Positions 1 to 13,521 of a stretch of 64,000 nucleotides of DNA are shown in pieces (the stretch's first letter is position 1; the number at the start of each line of letters is the position of its first letter). A program made the translations under genes and the position numbers. The notes beneath the pieces are model-generated. The model did not search any database, was not told the DNA's origin, and saw nothing but the letters and a program-made list of their open reading frames with translations. This DNA comes from Amphiscolops sp. MND2022 (taxonomy: Eukaryota), in contig OZ076412.1 in NCBI GenBank assembly GCA_964187785.1, positions 31,372,001 to 31,436,000 on the forward strand. Direction: 5' to 3'.

Positions 1-132
1 GATCTGCACAGATTCGCAGAGATCGAAAACCTGGGGAAAACCTTTTAAAGGTACCAAGAACCCTTCAAAAACTAGGGACACTCAAAGGGACACCTAACAA
101 AACTAGGGACACCTAAATAGTTTCTGATAAAT

Positions 133-802
133 ATGTGTGACGATGAAAGTCTGGGCGCTCCGCGCCACAATTCAACAAGCGGTGGAAAGGACTACTATCC
201 ATCTATTGACAAATTGCTGGCTGCTGACTCAAATGGTTTCAAACGACTGATTGGAAAGCTCACAAAAGACTCAATTCTTCGCCTCCTGCGTGACTCTCTT
301 AGGCATCTCAAACAAGCTAAGTCGACTTCTGATCGCTTTTTTAAATTAGAAATTAAATTTTATTTACATTTTAATTACAAACACTGAAACAAGCCCAGGT
401 GTAACACCTGGTTCATCTTCTGCTTCATCAGAAAAAAGTACAATGGCCGATATCTTTAAAGCTTCTCTCGATGAAAGAGAGTACAATGAGCAAGCTAATA
501 AAACCATCGTCTTTTATAACGTTGAAGAAACCAAAGATGTAAATGGCAATGTTGATCCTACAATTAAGGAAGTATTTGAAAAAATTGAACAAAACACAGT
601 CATGATTGAAAGTGCTTACAGACTTGGCAAGAAAATTGATTCCAATACACGTCCTCGCCCCATTGAACTTAAGTTATCTACTGAAATCGACAAGAGGAAA
701 GTTATGGCTAACGCAAGACTGCTAAAGGGATCCAACTTGTTTGTTCAACCCAAACTCCTATGGAAAGACCGCCTAATCGAAAAAACTTTGCTTAGTCTGT
801 GA
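133..802 (+). pseudogene. LINE ORF1 remnants (split over 133-387 and 443-802)
   Basis: Lies directly upstream of APE-RT; C-terminal IESAYRLGKK..RPRPIELKL block is typical of LINE ORF1 C-termini. Confidence 0.55.
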
Positions 803-949
803 TATAAACTCACCCAAAATGGTATCTCTAAGAATCTATTTCGTATTCGAGATCTGAAACCTTTCTACAATGGACATATTATCGACTCCTCATCTCCTGT
901 AAAAGACATCATTAATCAGCTTCCCGATCTAAACCCTGTTGCTGAGTGA

Positions 950-3900
950 CTACCTACTTCTACTAAATGTTGTTTGATCAACACCCGCAGTTTAGTTCCC
1001 AGCTTTAAAAGAGCATCTCTCCTCGACTGGACAATGGTTAACTCCGTGGACTTACTTTTCATTACTGAAACATGGTTTCATAACTCTATTGACAGCAAAT
1101 GTCTTTCGCTTTTTGAACAGTTTGAAGTTCTTTGTCGAACTGACCGAAACAACGAATGGCAAGTTAATATAATATCTGCACTGAAAGAGTTATATATTAT
1201 CAACAATGAGTTTCCTGACAATAATGCTATCGCACAAAAATTCAATCTCTTGGATTGGACGCAAGATATGCTAAGAAAAGTATACCTTTTGCTCTAAAAG
1301 TAGAATCCGATGCGACTGCCAAAGGTCAATCAGTTTTTGATGAGTCTACTCTGTTTTCTGGTAGCCATGACGGTGTGGCAATTTTGGCAAAAAAATTTCT
1401 ACATTTGCACCTCATACCATTAGAATTACCAGCCACATATGATTTTGCTTCCCTTCTTTTCTGGTTGTTAACCTCTGGTTCAGCTCTCATCTTCCTATAG
1501 GTCTATCTACCTCCTTTAACTAGTTCTTACGTCATCTCCCCGCAAGCACTGAGCAATTGTATCGAACATGCTAAACAATCATCATCATCATCATCGTTGA
1601 TTTCCTCTGGCTATACCTGCAATTTTTGTCCACTAGGAGATTTAAATTTGCCAGACACAGATTGGAACTCAGTGTATTCAACTTCCTCCCTCGAGAACCA
1701 GTATCTCGACATATTTGTATCTCATGGTCTCTCTGCTTCTATCAACATTCCAACTCATAAAGCTGGTAACACTCTTGATAACATTTTGCTTGAGAGTGTA
1801 AATCAATTCGATAATTTTATGGTAATTAATGATCTACATTTTAGTGATCATTATCCAATTCTGTTCAATTGTTTGATCTCAAGCTCATCTTCGAAATCTA
1901 CTCCTCTCGCCAGCTCATATTCTTTTAATTCAGCAAAGGAGATTTCGTCATTTATTGATTCTTGGGCTTATTTCATTTTCACAGATTTTCCTTCGTCTAC
2001 AACCGTTGACTCTTTCTATTCTCATTTGAACTTTATTTTTCCCCAAACCTTCAGTCGAAAAACAAAAAAAACATTGAATACCCCGTTCTATTACTCCTCT
2101 CTTTCAATGCATTGTTTAAACATAAAAGAAACTGCTGAAAAGAAATGTACTCGAAACCCCTCGGCTAGAACTCTTTTGATGCTTGAACTGTCTAAGGAGG
2201 ATTTTTCGATGTCGGTTGAGCTGGACAAACTTTGTTTTTTCTCTGGTTCCATTACTCAAAACACCTCTGATGCTTTCAGCCTCCTAAATTCGCTGAAAAT
2301 GCAATGTCTCCCCTCCTCAATGAAATACAATTAGACTCTTCTCACAAATGACTTAGACATTGCAAGTAGTATTAATGAATACTTCTCTTCGTCATTCAAT
2401 TGCCAAACATATCCTTCTTCAGCCCCTCTTTGTCCCTGCGATATCTTTCTTGAAGACATATTTGACTCTATGACTATAGAATCAATCCATAGGATACTCT
2501 TGTCAATGAAATCAACTGGAACCGTTCTCTTTGATAACCTCCCACCTCTTCTAGTCAAATTATGTCCCGTGTTGTTTGCGCATCTTTTGTTTATTTTGTT
2601 CTCTGCTATCATCCACACTTTAGTTTACTCTGATATTTGGAAAACTGCATTTATAAGACCTCTGCATAAATCAGATAGCAAAACATATATTACCAACTAT
2701 AGGCCCATTAGCCTATTACCCAAACATTCCCTCATTTTCGAAAAGGACATTTTTGACTTCTTGTTTAACAAAATAAAGCATAGGATTACTCCTCGTCAAC
2801 ATGGTTTTCAATCAAGGAAAAGTGCTGTGCTTCAACTAAAAGATTTCTTAGAGACTGCTCGGCTGAAAAAAACTCTTCACACAGTTTACTTGGATTATGC
2901 CAAGGCTTTTGATAAAGTTCCTTTTGAAGTTTTACTTCGCAAACTTGGTTTATTTGGGTTGGATGAAAACTTCCTGCATCTCATCAATTCTTACCTTTCT
3001 GACAGTCAGCAAATTGTCATAGTGCAAAACTAAATGTCTCGCCAACTGCCAGTACTAATTGGCGTACCTCAGAGTTGGTCTTGGGCCCTTTGTTGTTTCT
3101 CATATTTATAAATGACATGCCTTCCATATTCCTAGATGCTATTGTGTGGATTTTTGCTGATGACCTTAAACTGCTGTTTGATTCCTTGGATTTTGAATCA
3201 GATATTGTACGTCTCCATTCCTGGAACATCGCAAACGGGAATCTAGCAAACGTTCTCAAAACTAAATTTCCTATTTTCCGTGGTAATGTATCAGTTCTCC
3301 TTGGTGATAAAGTTATTGAAAATGTAAAGCATCAGAAAGATCTTGGGATCATCATCAGTCATGATTTCAAATGGACCAATCATTTGTCAAAGAAGTTAAC
3401 CAAAGCTCAAAATTTATAATTTTTTTATTCGAAACACAGTTCCATGGAATTCTCTCTCTGCAATTAAATTCAATATTTACTCCAGCACTATTCTCTCTTT
3501 AATCATGTATGGCTCCCCGGTCTGGTTGGCGAATTTTAGTTTACTCAAAAGACTAGACTGTTTCCAAAAACACTGTTTCAAATGGATTTTCGGCTCATTA
3601 TTCATTCATGAAGAGCAACTTGCGAAACATCAGTGACTTCCAATTAGTCTCCATCTCGAATTGCGGACACTATTTTTACTGCTGGGTATACTTGACAACA
3701 AAACTCTGGTTGATCCATCAAATTACATCCAGTTTCAGAATCTGAAGACTGCTTCTTGGAGAAAAACAACGAACCCCCTCAAAGTAATTGGGGTTTCACA
3801 CCTTCAAGAAAACTTTTTTTTCGCGAGAGCCGTCAACTCTTTCAACTACTTCTAGAGCCATGGCATCATAGATTTCAATGATCTAACAAATAAATCCAAT

Positions 3901-4005
3901 ATAAAGAAGTTTCTGCTTGCAAAAGAATTTAGCATGGATTTAAGATGCAGCTATTATATTTGCTGGTACTGTAGCTTCTGCAGACCACTGTTAAGGCTTT
4001 CCTAA
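950..4005 (+). pseudogene. LINE ORF2 (AP endonuclease + reverse transcriptase), fragmented
   Basis: Motifs listed for the element; terminal frame ends ...DLRCSYYICWYCSFCRPLLRLS* at 4003-4005. Confidence 0.9.
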
Positions 4006-5802
4006 CTAATCTCAGCGTCAGTGTCTTTTCTTGGGCCAAGCCCGTGTCGGGTTGTGCCACTAAAGTTCATCGCACTATCTTTGGGTTGGGACTTGGATTT
4101 TTTTAATTTAACGTTGTGCTTGCTTTATGTTATTTAATATTCATGTAAAACATTATTTTATTTAAAAAAATGTACTTCATTACTATTCTTGGCTCTCTCA
4201 AAATCGGTAGCAAAAATGTTTAAAGATCAATAACTTTTTTACTTGTTCAACTAACAAAAACTGTCTCAGAGGAAAAAACTGTTTAATTTTCATCTAATTA
4301 CTTTTTTGTTTTAAAACAGAAGAGGAGCTATAAAAGTTAAATCATTGAAAATACTTGTGAAATTTGGCGTTTTCCGTAAATTATCATAGTTTAGCTCCCA
4401 AGACCCAGTTCCATGGGAGAACTTCCAGCGTTATAGTTTGAATGTTAGACTCTGTTCCCTAACTTTTGATTTGAAGACTTTTTCCACATGTAACGGACCT
4501 CTCTGATACAACAAAATCAGTCCGACGTTTCTGAAAATTTCCAATTCGGTGTGTGACGTGGCACTGACGTGATTGCTTTTTTCGCAGTTTCCGCCATTTT
4601 CAATGCAAAACGAAGACGAGAGCAGACCGACGGGAAAACCGGGAACGAAACAGCCAGCGAGCTTAGAGAGGCTGTGAAAACTACAGAAAAGACTCTTTTT
4701 TTTGGTGTTAATACGCTGTTTTTATTTATTTTTAGCTATATCAAGTAGCGAGTACATGAAAAATGAGACTTTTCAGCTGAAGATCTTTTTTGGTGCTTGG
4801 AGCCCCTGGGTCCCAGCCTGTAGCTGTGTTGTTTTCCAGATCTGTGCATTTTTGTTTCTCTTTATTACTAGCTGAAGACCAAATCATACAACTCTTTACC
4901 GAAACAATATCACCAGATTTAGCCTACTACCAGAAAACCCAAAAACTAAAGCTTACAGTGACTTTTTAGTCCACGATCTGCTACTCCAGTTAGCGTTACT
5001 TAAGTTCATGAGGAAATAATTTCTACCTAAAAACATAATTCTCAAGACATAATGAGAGTGTCCTACATATTCGTTGAAAGCCATGTAACATGAAATCTAT
5101 AACCAGGTCTTACCAAAGTAGCATTTCTTTCATTAAAGTACTTCTAACACGAGTGACGACTGCTACTCACCGTCGACCCGCCATCATCGAGCGGAAAAAA
5201 ACGGACCAATCTTATTCTTTGGTTGAACAAACAAATTCAGCCGGAATAGGATGAAAACAACGACGCGTATCATGAGTCATTGTAATTCCTTCGGCGTAAA
5301 CACTACATGCAACCAAGCTATATAACCACGATGATTAATGCAATTCAAATAATTCAACCAACCAAGAACTCTGCAATTCCTTTATCTCCAAAGAAACCAA
5401 GTGATAACGCTAGAGTAATTGATCCAACAAAACTCATCAATCATAAATATTACGACTAAGCTGGTCATTTAAAGTTACTTCCGCACAACCTTAATATTAG
5501 GATTATTGTAAAACTTCTATAGCGTCAGTTGTGTGGGCAAGTCGTCAAAAGCGTGTCAGTGTGCCTGGACATCAACATACAGATAATACCTACTCTTTCA
5601 GTATGTGGATTCAGTGTTCGTTTTGAACGGTATTTTAAGACGACAAAAACGTATTCCCAAGAAATAGTCACTAGAAAAGGACGGTAATACTCTTCTGTCG
5701 GCCGGTCGAAAACAGTGACCGTAAGTAATTCTAAAACCATATTTACGTCTAACAATCAAAGACAAATACATGCAAGTACACGACTCCAGTCCGTAAACTC
5801 AT

Positions 5803-6212
5803 CCCTGGTTGAAACTTCTTGAACTTTTTGCATGTACTTTAATGTTGCCAGCAACTTTTATTATGATTTTCTAAAACTCTTACGGAAACTTTAATGCGAA
5901 AATATGTACCTGTTGTATTCGACTTTTATCAAGCTGCTTGAAAGATTCATCAAAGTTTTGGCAGCAATTTTAGTCGTTGAAGTTTTGCAGGTTTCTTAAA
6001 GAAGCTGTTGAGAAAACAAAGTGTAAATACAAAGTGGTCGTGTCGGTGATGATGTTGTATTTATTTTCAAATTTAATTGCAGTAGTGGAAAATGCAGTGT
6101 AATTCTACAAGATTTACCGCCTGAAATGTCACTGAATTTTCTAGGTTTTATAAGAAATTACCCTGCATGCAGGCCTGCAACATGTAAAAAGTTACTGCAG
6201 TCTCAACTAGGG
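5803..6212 (-). mobile_element. Non-autonomous TIR element (MITE family A), internally deleted, reverse orientation
   Basis: Termini CCCTGGTTGAA / TCAACTAGGG; 2-bp TSD AT (5801-02, 6213-14); body is the reverse complement of 6402-6949 lacking the middle. Confidence 0.85.
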
Positions 6213-6401
6213 ATATAATGACTGCATGTTTGGGACGTCAATGACACACATCACAAGTGAAGACGTCTCAGGGCACATATCACTGTTGATGACGTCATAA
6301 ACAAAACTTTTTTCCGCAGTTAAGGTAACTTAAAGCACATGTATCACTATAACATTTAAAAAACAGTAAAATCAAAACTGGCCATAAACAAGGTCTCCCA
6401 A

Positions 6402-6949
6402 CCCTAGTTGAAGCTGCAGGAACTTTTTACATGCTGCAGGCATGCATGCAGGGTAATTTTTTATAAAACCTAGAAAATTCAGTGAACTTCGGTTGGTAAA
6501 TCATGTACAATTACACTGCATTTTCCACTATTGTAATTAAATTTGAAAATAAATTACACTAGATTACCGACATGATCACTTTGTGTACACACTTTGTTTT
6601 CTCAACTACTCATCTGATGTGATCACCGCTTCTCAAATAGCACGCTAGAGATGACGCTAACTTGCAGTTTATTATGCGACTGAAGTTATTTTGCATTGAT
6701 TTAGCGGTAAATTGATAGCGCCTTATTTGCTTTCAAAATTATAACTGCTGCTTAATGAAACCTGCAAAACTTCAAGGTTTAAAATTGCCGCCAAAACTTT
6801 GATGAATCTTTCAAGCAGCTTGATAAAAGTTAAATACAACAGGGACAAAATTTCGCATGAAAGTTTCCGTAAGAGTTTTGGAAAATCATAATAAAAGTTG
6901 CTGGCAACATTAAAGTACATGCAAAAAGTTCAAGCAGTTTCAACAAGGG
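6402..6949 (+). mobile_element. MITE family A, full length (548 bp)
   Basis: Termini CCCTAGTTGAA / TTCAACAAGGG; 2-bp TSD AA (6400-01, 6950-51); homologous to 25446-26416. Confidence 0.85.
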
Positions 6950-6959
6950 AAAGTATAAA

Positions 6960-9900
6960 TAAAAACCAAAGACCAAAAGTGCTCATTAGAAGGCGCGGCG
7001 CTGTTCTAACCATAATCCCTGATCTATCTGTACGACGCCGTGAACAATTCCTCAAAGCGGCAATTGAACTTGATGAGTGAGAGGTCAGTCATAGCTGTGG
7101 CTACGATGGCGGCTACCACACAAGCACATTGAAAAAGCTGCTAGAATAACTCAAGCACTCCAACAATACAGTAACAAAAACTGGCATGCGAAAAGTAGCC
7201 AAGAATGATCATAACTTAGTCCAACATATAAACATTTACCTTAATACAACATTGAGGATCCTACAGAATGATAATATCTACCGAGCATCAAGAACAACCT
7301 ACTAAGCTCTTACAACATGCACTTTGCAAAAACGACGCAATAAATTGACACAAAATCCTATAAAAGCATAACAAACGAGAACTATACAAAAGATTGACTT
7401 CAGGAAAACCTTTCAAACTCATGCCAGCAGTCGAAAAACGTTGCATCTATCGACAGGTAAATTAGGTTAACAATTAGGTACACGAACCACCGCCTCTCCT
7501 GTGATCTTGCCGGAAGACAATCTAGCCTTTTTCAACAATTTATGTTGACCCATTGATCAAAAGTTCCTTTCCTGTTCGTTTCTAGCTACAAACAAAGGTT
7601 GATACCAACGACAATAACATATACCGAAGACATACAAATCAATCTTTCGGCAACATGTAAATCGTATTAGAAACAACAAAAAAAGTTTGATAAAATCATA
7701 AAGTGAAAACAAAAGCCAGCAATAAAAGAATAACCATTCATTCAAAGCATGAGTTGCATCACAAAACAGTAAAGTCCCTTAAAAACATCATAACAGACTA
7801 TACCCAGACTATCACAACAACGAAAAAAAGTAAGAATCTGATATACTCTGAATACTTTCGTCCGAAGTTTCGCTGATTCGTGCGAGCGATCACTGCCCGA
7901 CAGAAGATTGAGATTTTTTCCTCGGGGCTTTACGTCGAAAGCGAACATTCTCTGGACTTGGTTTGTTAGTCTTAGTTGAGACACCGCCTGTGCGGCGACC
8001 CCGGTTTCTCATTGCTGGGGAAAATCGACAACCCACATATTTTGCACTGGACTGCTTGCTTGGAGCCACTGGAACCTCCACGTTAGTCTGCGCAAACAGC
8101 GTGCTCGATGAATAGTTGACTTCGGATACTTATCGTCATGTACGAAAGCCAGGAAAACCGACGACTGTCTTGACTTCCTGTTACTGCATTTCGAGGTAGA
8201 TGCTCGGGCCAGAAGACGAACGGGACTGCTGAGTTTGTTCCCCTGTTTTGAGCTGTGGACAAACAGCCGATCGGTAAACACACATCATGGCGTTTTCAGT
8301 CCCTGCAACACTACCGGAAAGGCTCCGATCACACTCTGGATAGGTCTCGCCTAGCCCCGTTCTTTAACAATGATCCCAGGAGTGCAAGCGTTCCTTATCA
8401 TGAATCTTGCGTGTCAGTCGACTCTCATTGAACTTCTTGGGCGTCCATCAAATCCTGACTTCAACCAACTGCGTACGAAAATAATGCTTGAAGTCATCTC
8501 ACTCTCAGTGCGTTGTTTCCCACCTCCAGAAAATCAACAGTACACTGACTTCGTAAGGTACCACACACAACAAAACTGACAACTCCTGGCAGTTCAGAGC
8601 AACGATGCCAGTGGGGGTTTGCGAACCACATATTAGCAATGTCGTCAATCACAGGCAACTGATCCAACTGACTAAGCCATCGTTGCCGAAAAAAATCGCT
8701 GACTTCCTGTACTGCCTCAGAATGACCGCAGTACTCTGAATCCTGGTCGATGAGTCAATTACGAGACAGCATCAAGCAAGTTCCCAACAAGGAATAAATC
8801 AGCCTGCCTTTAGAGCCTTAGAAAATCAAAACAGAATCAAACGGCATCAGGCACAGTCTGGTAATCTGTTAATTCTGGTACTTTGTTATCACAGCGAGAC
8901 ACAGACCACGAGTAAATTCGTGAACCTTCCTGTCAAAAATAGAGCTGCTGAGCACTCACTAGTATCAAATTGGAAGTACTTACTGAAAAACACAAGGTAC
9001 TTTTCATTGTTTAACGGCTTCAACTCTAGAGAACGCGCTGCTAGGATCAGGTTCACCTCGAACTTGGCAGGCACATCTGCAAAAATTTGAAGTAGTAATC
9101 ATAGTGCCCTGATAGATCAGCGAACCCTCTTTGAAAAGGGGCATCTCGGTCCGGACTCGAAGAACAGGTGCGCGGGCACTCGTCAACAAGTCGTTAAGTA
9201 GGTGTTTGATCCTACCACAAACCACATGCTGCTCGACACCAAATAAAAGTTACGCAAACAACATTTACATTTAAGCCCTTTCAAAAACAAAAAGGCATAT
9301 TCATGCAAACTAAAATATTCACAACGGGTACTCCCGAACTGAAAGTAGAGTTGGTACCACCGCAATTCTAGGGCGCGACAATCCTCAAAAGCGTGCACGT
9401 CGAAAGTTGAATGAGTCCTTATCTCCGCGGTCATGGTCGGCCGATGGGTCTTGGAATTGAGGCCGAAGTCATCCAAAAACTCAACGAGTTCAGCACAACC
9501 CCGAGCAAGAGCAGTTACAGGCATTGTATTCACCTATACCAACTAAAAATGACTCACGACCTCTTGATAAAAAGTCTAGTAAACCCAAAACCTGTTATCA
9601 CCCCTGTAAAGCGGTACTCAAGAAATCCAAGACCTTGTATGGATCCAATGCGCTGAATTGACTTCCAAAATGACCTCTGAGTACATCAAAAAAACTACTA
9701 AAGATCAAACACACGAACAAGCACGACAGGCGCAGCAACGCTAGCAATAGCACACCCCACAGGCTGTTGATCTTCAACACTGAACATGCTTATCCGGAGT
9801 TTGTTTCCAAACAACACAAAATAGCAGCAACTATATGACATGAGTTAGATCAATTTCCCATCACTCATCAGCACACACTGCCCCAATGCAAACGGATTTG

Positions 9901-11151
9901 ACTTCTAGCCTGTCGACACTGTGACAATCCACAGGCCACTGTGAACCGTCACGGGTTAAACGAAACCCCATACGACTGTTACCTGAGTTATCTCACTGAA
10001 CTGCTCCACAACATACGAATGAAAGTCGTAAAGGCCGAGACTCTAATCAAACACGAAAAAGTTTTCATCAAATTTTTACCACATAACAAAGAAGGCCCCT
10101 AACGCTGGTCATGTAACAGAAAAAATGCGGTGTTCAAAACTAGCAAAGCCTCGACTAAGTGCACGCACGGAAACCCACACAATATTCCATGCAAGTTAAA
10201 GGTTTAAACCGAACTAAAGAGAAAGACCACCCGACCCTCTCAGAGATTAAAAAGTCGTTCAGTGAAGTACAACTCATTCCGCATACTGGTTGTCCACAGA
10301 TCCAATGGCATCACCGGTTGAAAATGTGTAACTACCTTGAAATTGTTTACAAAAAGATTCAACCATATGTAGGGCCTACTTTCTGCGGACAATGGCAGTC
10401 GAGCCTCAGCCGTCACTTCAGCCTCCTCATTGGCCGTCCGACCATCAACTGAAAGTCACAGGCGTGACTTTAGACGAACTGGCGACTCAACCAGCCGTTC
10501 TAATCGGATACGGCGATCTCACTCACAAGTAACAGGTTGACACATCTTGTCACGAAGGGACGCTGAGCCCTTTCAAATGCCTCTATAGATTTTGCAAACA
10601 ACAACCAGCAATACTGATATCGACTTTGCAAATCAGGCATCTCTCGTGTAGCCGTCGATCACCCACAAAAAGGCCGAGCAAGTAGGACGGCCTAAGGTAT
10701 TGAACTTCCGTTTCCTCTAAAACGAAACTCTAAGGTTAAGGAAGCAGAAGACAATAAAAAACCACCTTGAACTAAACAAAGTCCCTTGATTGCATACCGA
10801 TTGTGTTTCTTGAGAGTCAAAAATCCAAAATAAAAACACTAATTACCAGTGAACCCCCTCATTCTTCGAAAAACGTAGAACCTGCTGACACAGCTCAGAG
10901 TGACCCCGAAGTACTTGGTATGGCTCTCAGACTGATCCAACCCACAGGGGTAGACATAACAGGCAAATTAACTCCACCAAGAAATGACCCATGTGACGAA
11001 ATTACCTTGAAGACCTCCTTCGTTTTCAGTATGAAATCATCCATTGCCATCGCACTCGTTGTTTTCATGGATCGCCCATGGATGACTCGACAACTGCTTC
11101 GACGAAACTGTTGACATCTCACTCCAATTGAGTTTCCATGGACGACAAAAA
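6960..11151 (+). mobile_element. Putative 3' internal (accessory) region of a plus-strand LTR retrotransposon, heavily decayed
   Basis: Directly precedes a purine tract, LTR-like segment and gag; carries broken protein-like frames on the minus strand (7890-8283, 8889-9533, 10150-10550). No RT/IN motifs recognised here. Confidence 0.35.
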
Positions 11152-11590
11152 TGTAACGGGGTCTCTTGTCGAAAAACCAGCATCTACAACAACCCAAAAC
11201 TACGATGTCTGCAAAAACAAAAAGCAGGTTATCCACACCACAAAGCAGTTTTCTTTGTTCCATCACACTTTTGAAACAAGCTACGCTGAGTACAGATTGT
11301 AATGCATCGGGCCGTTCACTTAACAACAACGACAGGAACAACAATTATGATACTAAGCAACAAGAGACAACGACAACAATTCGCCAAGACGACCAAACAG
11401 CGCAATCATCTCCTCAGACGTCTCTGCTTGGCTTTGGTGCGACAAACAACATGAGAAAGTATGCCAGCGCTGAAAAATCAACTTCTCCTATAAAACAAAA
11501 AAGGGTAGTCGTAGTTGATTGAGAGCCTCCTCGACCACCTTACATACAGCAAACACCGGGTCCTGACATAATATATTGCAATATAATACA
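11152..11590 (+). mobile_element. LTR-like segment (TG...CA) with upstream purine-rich tract and downstream PBS-like TGG
   Basis: GGACGACAAAAA then TGTAACGGGG at 11152; TATAAAA at 11489-11495; possible CA ends at 11568 or 11590; TGGTTCAGACGAAGCC at 11611; gag follows. No second LTR copy in the window to confirm boundaries. Confidence 0.45.
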
Positions 11591-12216
11591 AAGTTGAAAA
11601 AAAGAAATAGTGGTTCAGACGAAGCCACCTCATCTTATCTTTTGGATTCTACATCTTTCAGTAACCCGCTCGTTTCTACCCATAAGGACCGTAATATGTG
11701 ATACCAGCATCATTTGTTCCTTTTCATCAACATTCTGATACCTCTCCGCTCTCAAAATTATTTGCTCCGTTTCAGCGGCGTTCCCAATTTTGCGTGTCAT
11801 ACTTTTGTCCTAATCTTCAAAACTCTTAACTTGGAGATTGACTAATTGATCACGCCGGCGTGCCTTTGTTGTTGAAATTCTTGAGCAAACTCTTAATTTG
11901 CCGCCATTTCGAAGTTCAAACAGGAATTTTGTTCAAAACGCATCTAGGAATTTTGATACCTTATTTTAGGACGCGGGATTGGAATGATTTGGACTATAGG
12001 AATTTTTAGTGAACAAACTCGTTTTTTATGATGTCTAGAAAATTTTGGCTGAGAAACAAAAAATGCTAGGAAAGTATATATTTGAAGAGCAAACGTAAAA
12101 CTAGTAAATCTGTTAGTTGTTTCCAAAAATAACCTCTCTGTTAATCCAACGATAAAAACCTCAATTCTTCGACGAATTCACATATTTCCGTAAAAATTAT
12201 CTTTTCTACTCTAAAA

Positions 12217-13521
12217 ATGACAACCAGAAGTCGAAAGAGAGAAAAGCTGTGGTCGAATTAGCGTTAGAAGATTTTGAAGTCTCAGTAGCTGAAAACAACC
12301 AAGCTGAAAGTTTAGTAGCAGGCACAAAGCAGTCTTCGAGAATACAGCCTGAGAAAATAAACGAGATCAATACGTCACTAAGAAAATAAAAAAGATATAA
12401 TGTCAGATCTCACAAAAATCTCAGCTGGGAACCATACGGAAATGTTGAAACACATAGCCCCGTTTATCAAGAAACGTTCAATCCACAAAGAAGTGGAGGA
12501 CTTCGATTGTGAAACGGTAAAAAACCTCCCAGCATCTACACAAACGCCTCAAAATCAAAAACGACTACTTCTAAAACTACCCCGATAAGTAGCTGTAACA
12601 TGGTGACAAGAGTCCTCAATGACTCCACAAATCTCATTCCCAAAAAGCCAAAACACCAACGCTTGCAGAGCCAACAACAGAAAGACCGACCGACAACATC
12701 CCGGTTGCTGTTTGCACCACAACCGCAAACATACTCAACAAATGACACCCTGTCGATGCCGAAAACCAACAGCTTTGCTACCCATCTTTGACGGTTAGTC
12801 GAAAAGAAAGGAAGATTCGAAGTTTTGTTTCGAAACAACTGATAACAAAAACTCAAGTATTTCCACTCGATACTTCGCGAAAACGCACTCCAAGCGTATT
12901 GCAACATCAAAGACACCAAAAAAGACAAGTTACAGGAAATATTTACGGTGTTGAAACGTCGATTCGGAGACTTTCAGTCCTCGGCCAAAGCAAGATGCAA
13001 GTGGGACGGATTCACTTCTGCCCGACTAAACAAAAACTTCATAAATTTTTTGGATGCCTTGCAAAAAACTGTCAGAAAAGCATCTGGCAAAAAAGTACAG
13101 AAACATATAGATAAGGCAATATACGCGAACATGCCCGACCACCTAAAGAAAATTCTCAACAGCGCGCATCTCGAAGAAGAGCCGTACAACGATATGTCTT
13201 ACATTTGGAACGAGAAATGGGCCTCAACGGACTAAGCGCGCCAGATGATACAACCCTTGTGCCATTAAACGCCGTGGACACCGACCCCATTGAACAAAAC
13301 AAAGAGCCAATCGAACCTGGCTACTGCTTCTATTGCGGCAGATATGGCAACTATAAAGCTCAATGTCGCAAATTAACGAAAGATCGATATAACGAATATA
13401 GAGTATAAAATGGGGAAACAAATAACAACGACGCCCAAAAATCAAAATGCGACACTTGCGGCAAATTGCATATAATTGAAAGTTGCTGGACGGAGCAAAT
13501 GCGGCGATTGACCCCAGGAAG
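12217..13521 (+). pseudogene. Ty3/Gypsy-type gag remnant with two zinc knuckles
   Basis: Frameshifted FDG..EK.E.F block (12785-12830), KRRFGDFQSSAKARC.WD, HLE..M.LNGL.APD, CFYCGRYGNYKAQC and CDTCGKLH...CW; truncated after the second knuckle. Confidence 0.8.

Larger units (their letters stand above)
133..4170 (+). mobile_element. Decayed non-LTR retrotransposon (LINE, CR1/L2-group-like), ORF1 + APE-RT ORF2
   Basis: ORF1-like RPRPIELKLSTE..K..VM.NARLLKG (443-802). APE motifs LINTRS, LFITETWF, GDLNLP, HKAGNTLDNIL, SDHYPI. RT motifs YRPISLL, QHGFQSRKS, VYLDYAKAFDKV, LGPLLFLIFINDMP, FADDLKL, KDLGIII. Many stops and frameshifts; A/T-rich 3' end near 4170. Confidence 0.9.

Noticed and set aside
4860-5800. 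Possible decayed pol fragment upstream of the MITE pair
   Set aside because: Composition resembles 7-11 kb, but no convincing RT, RNase H or integrase motif could be read.
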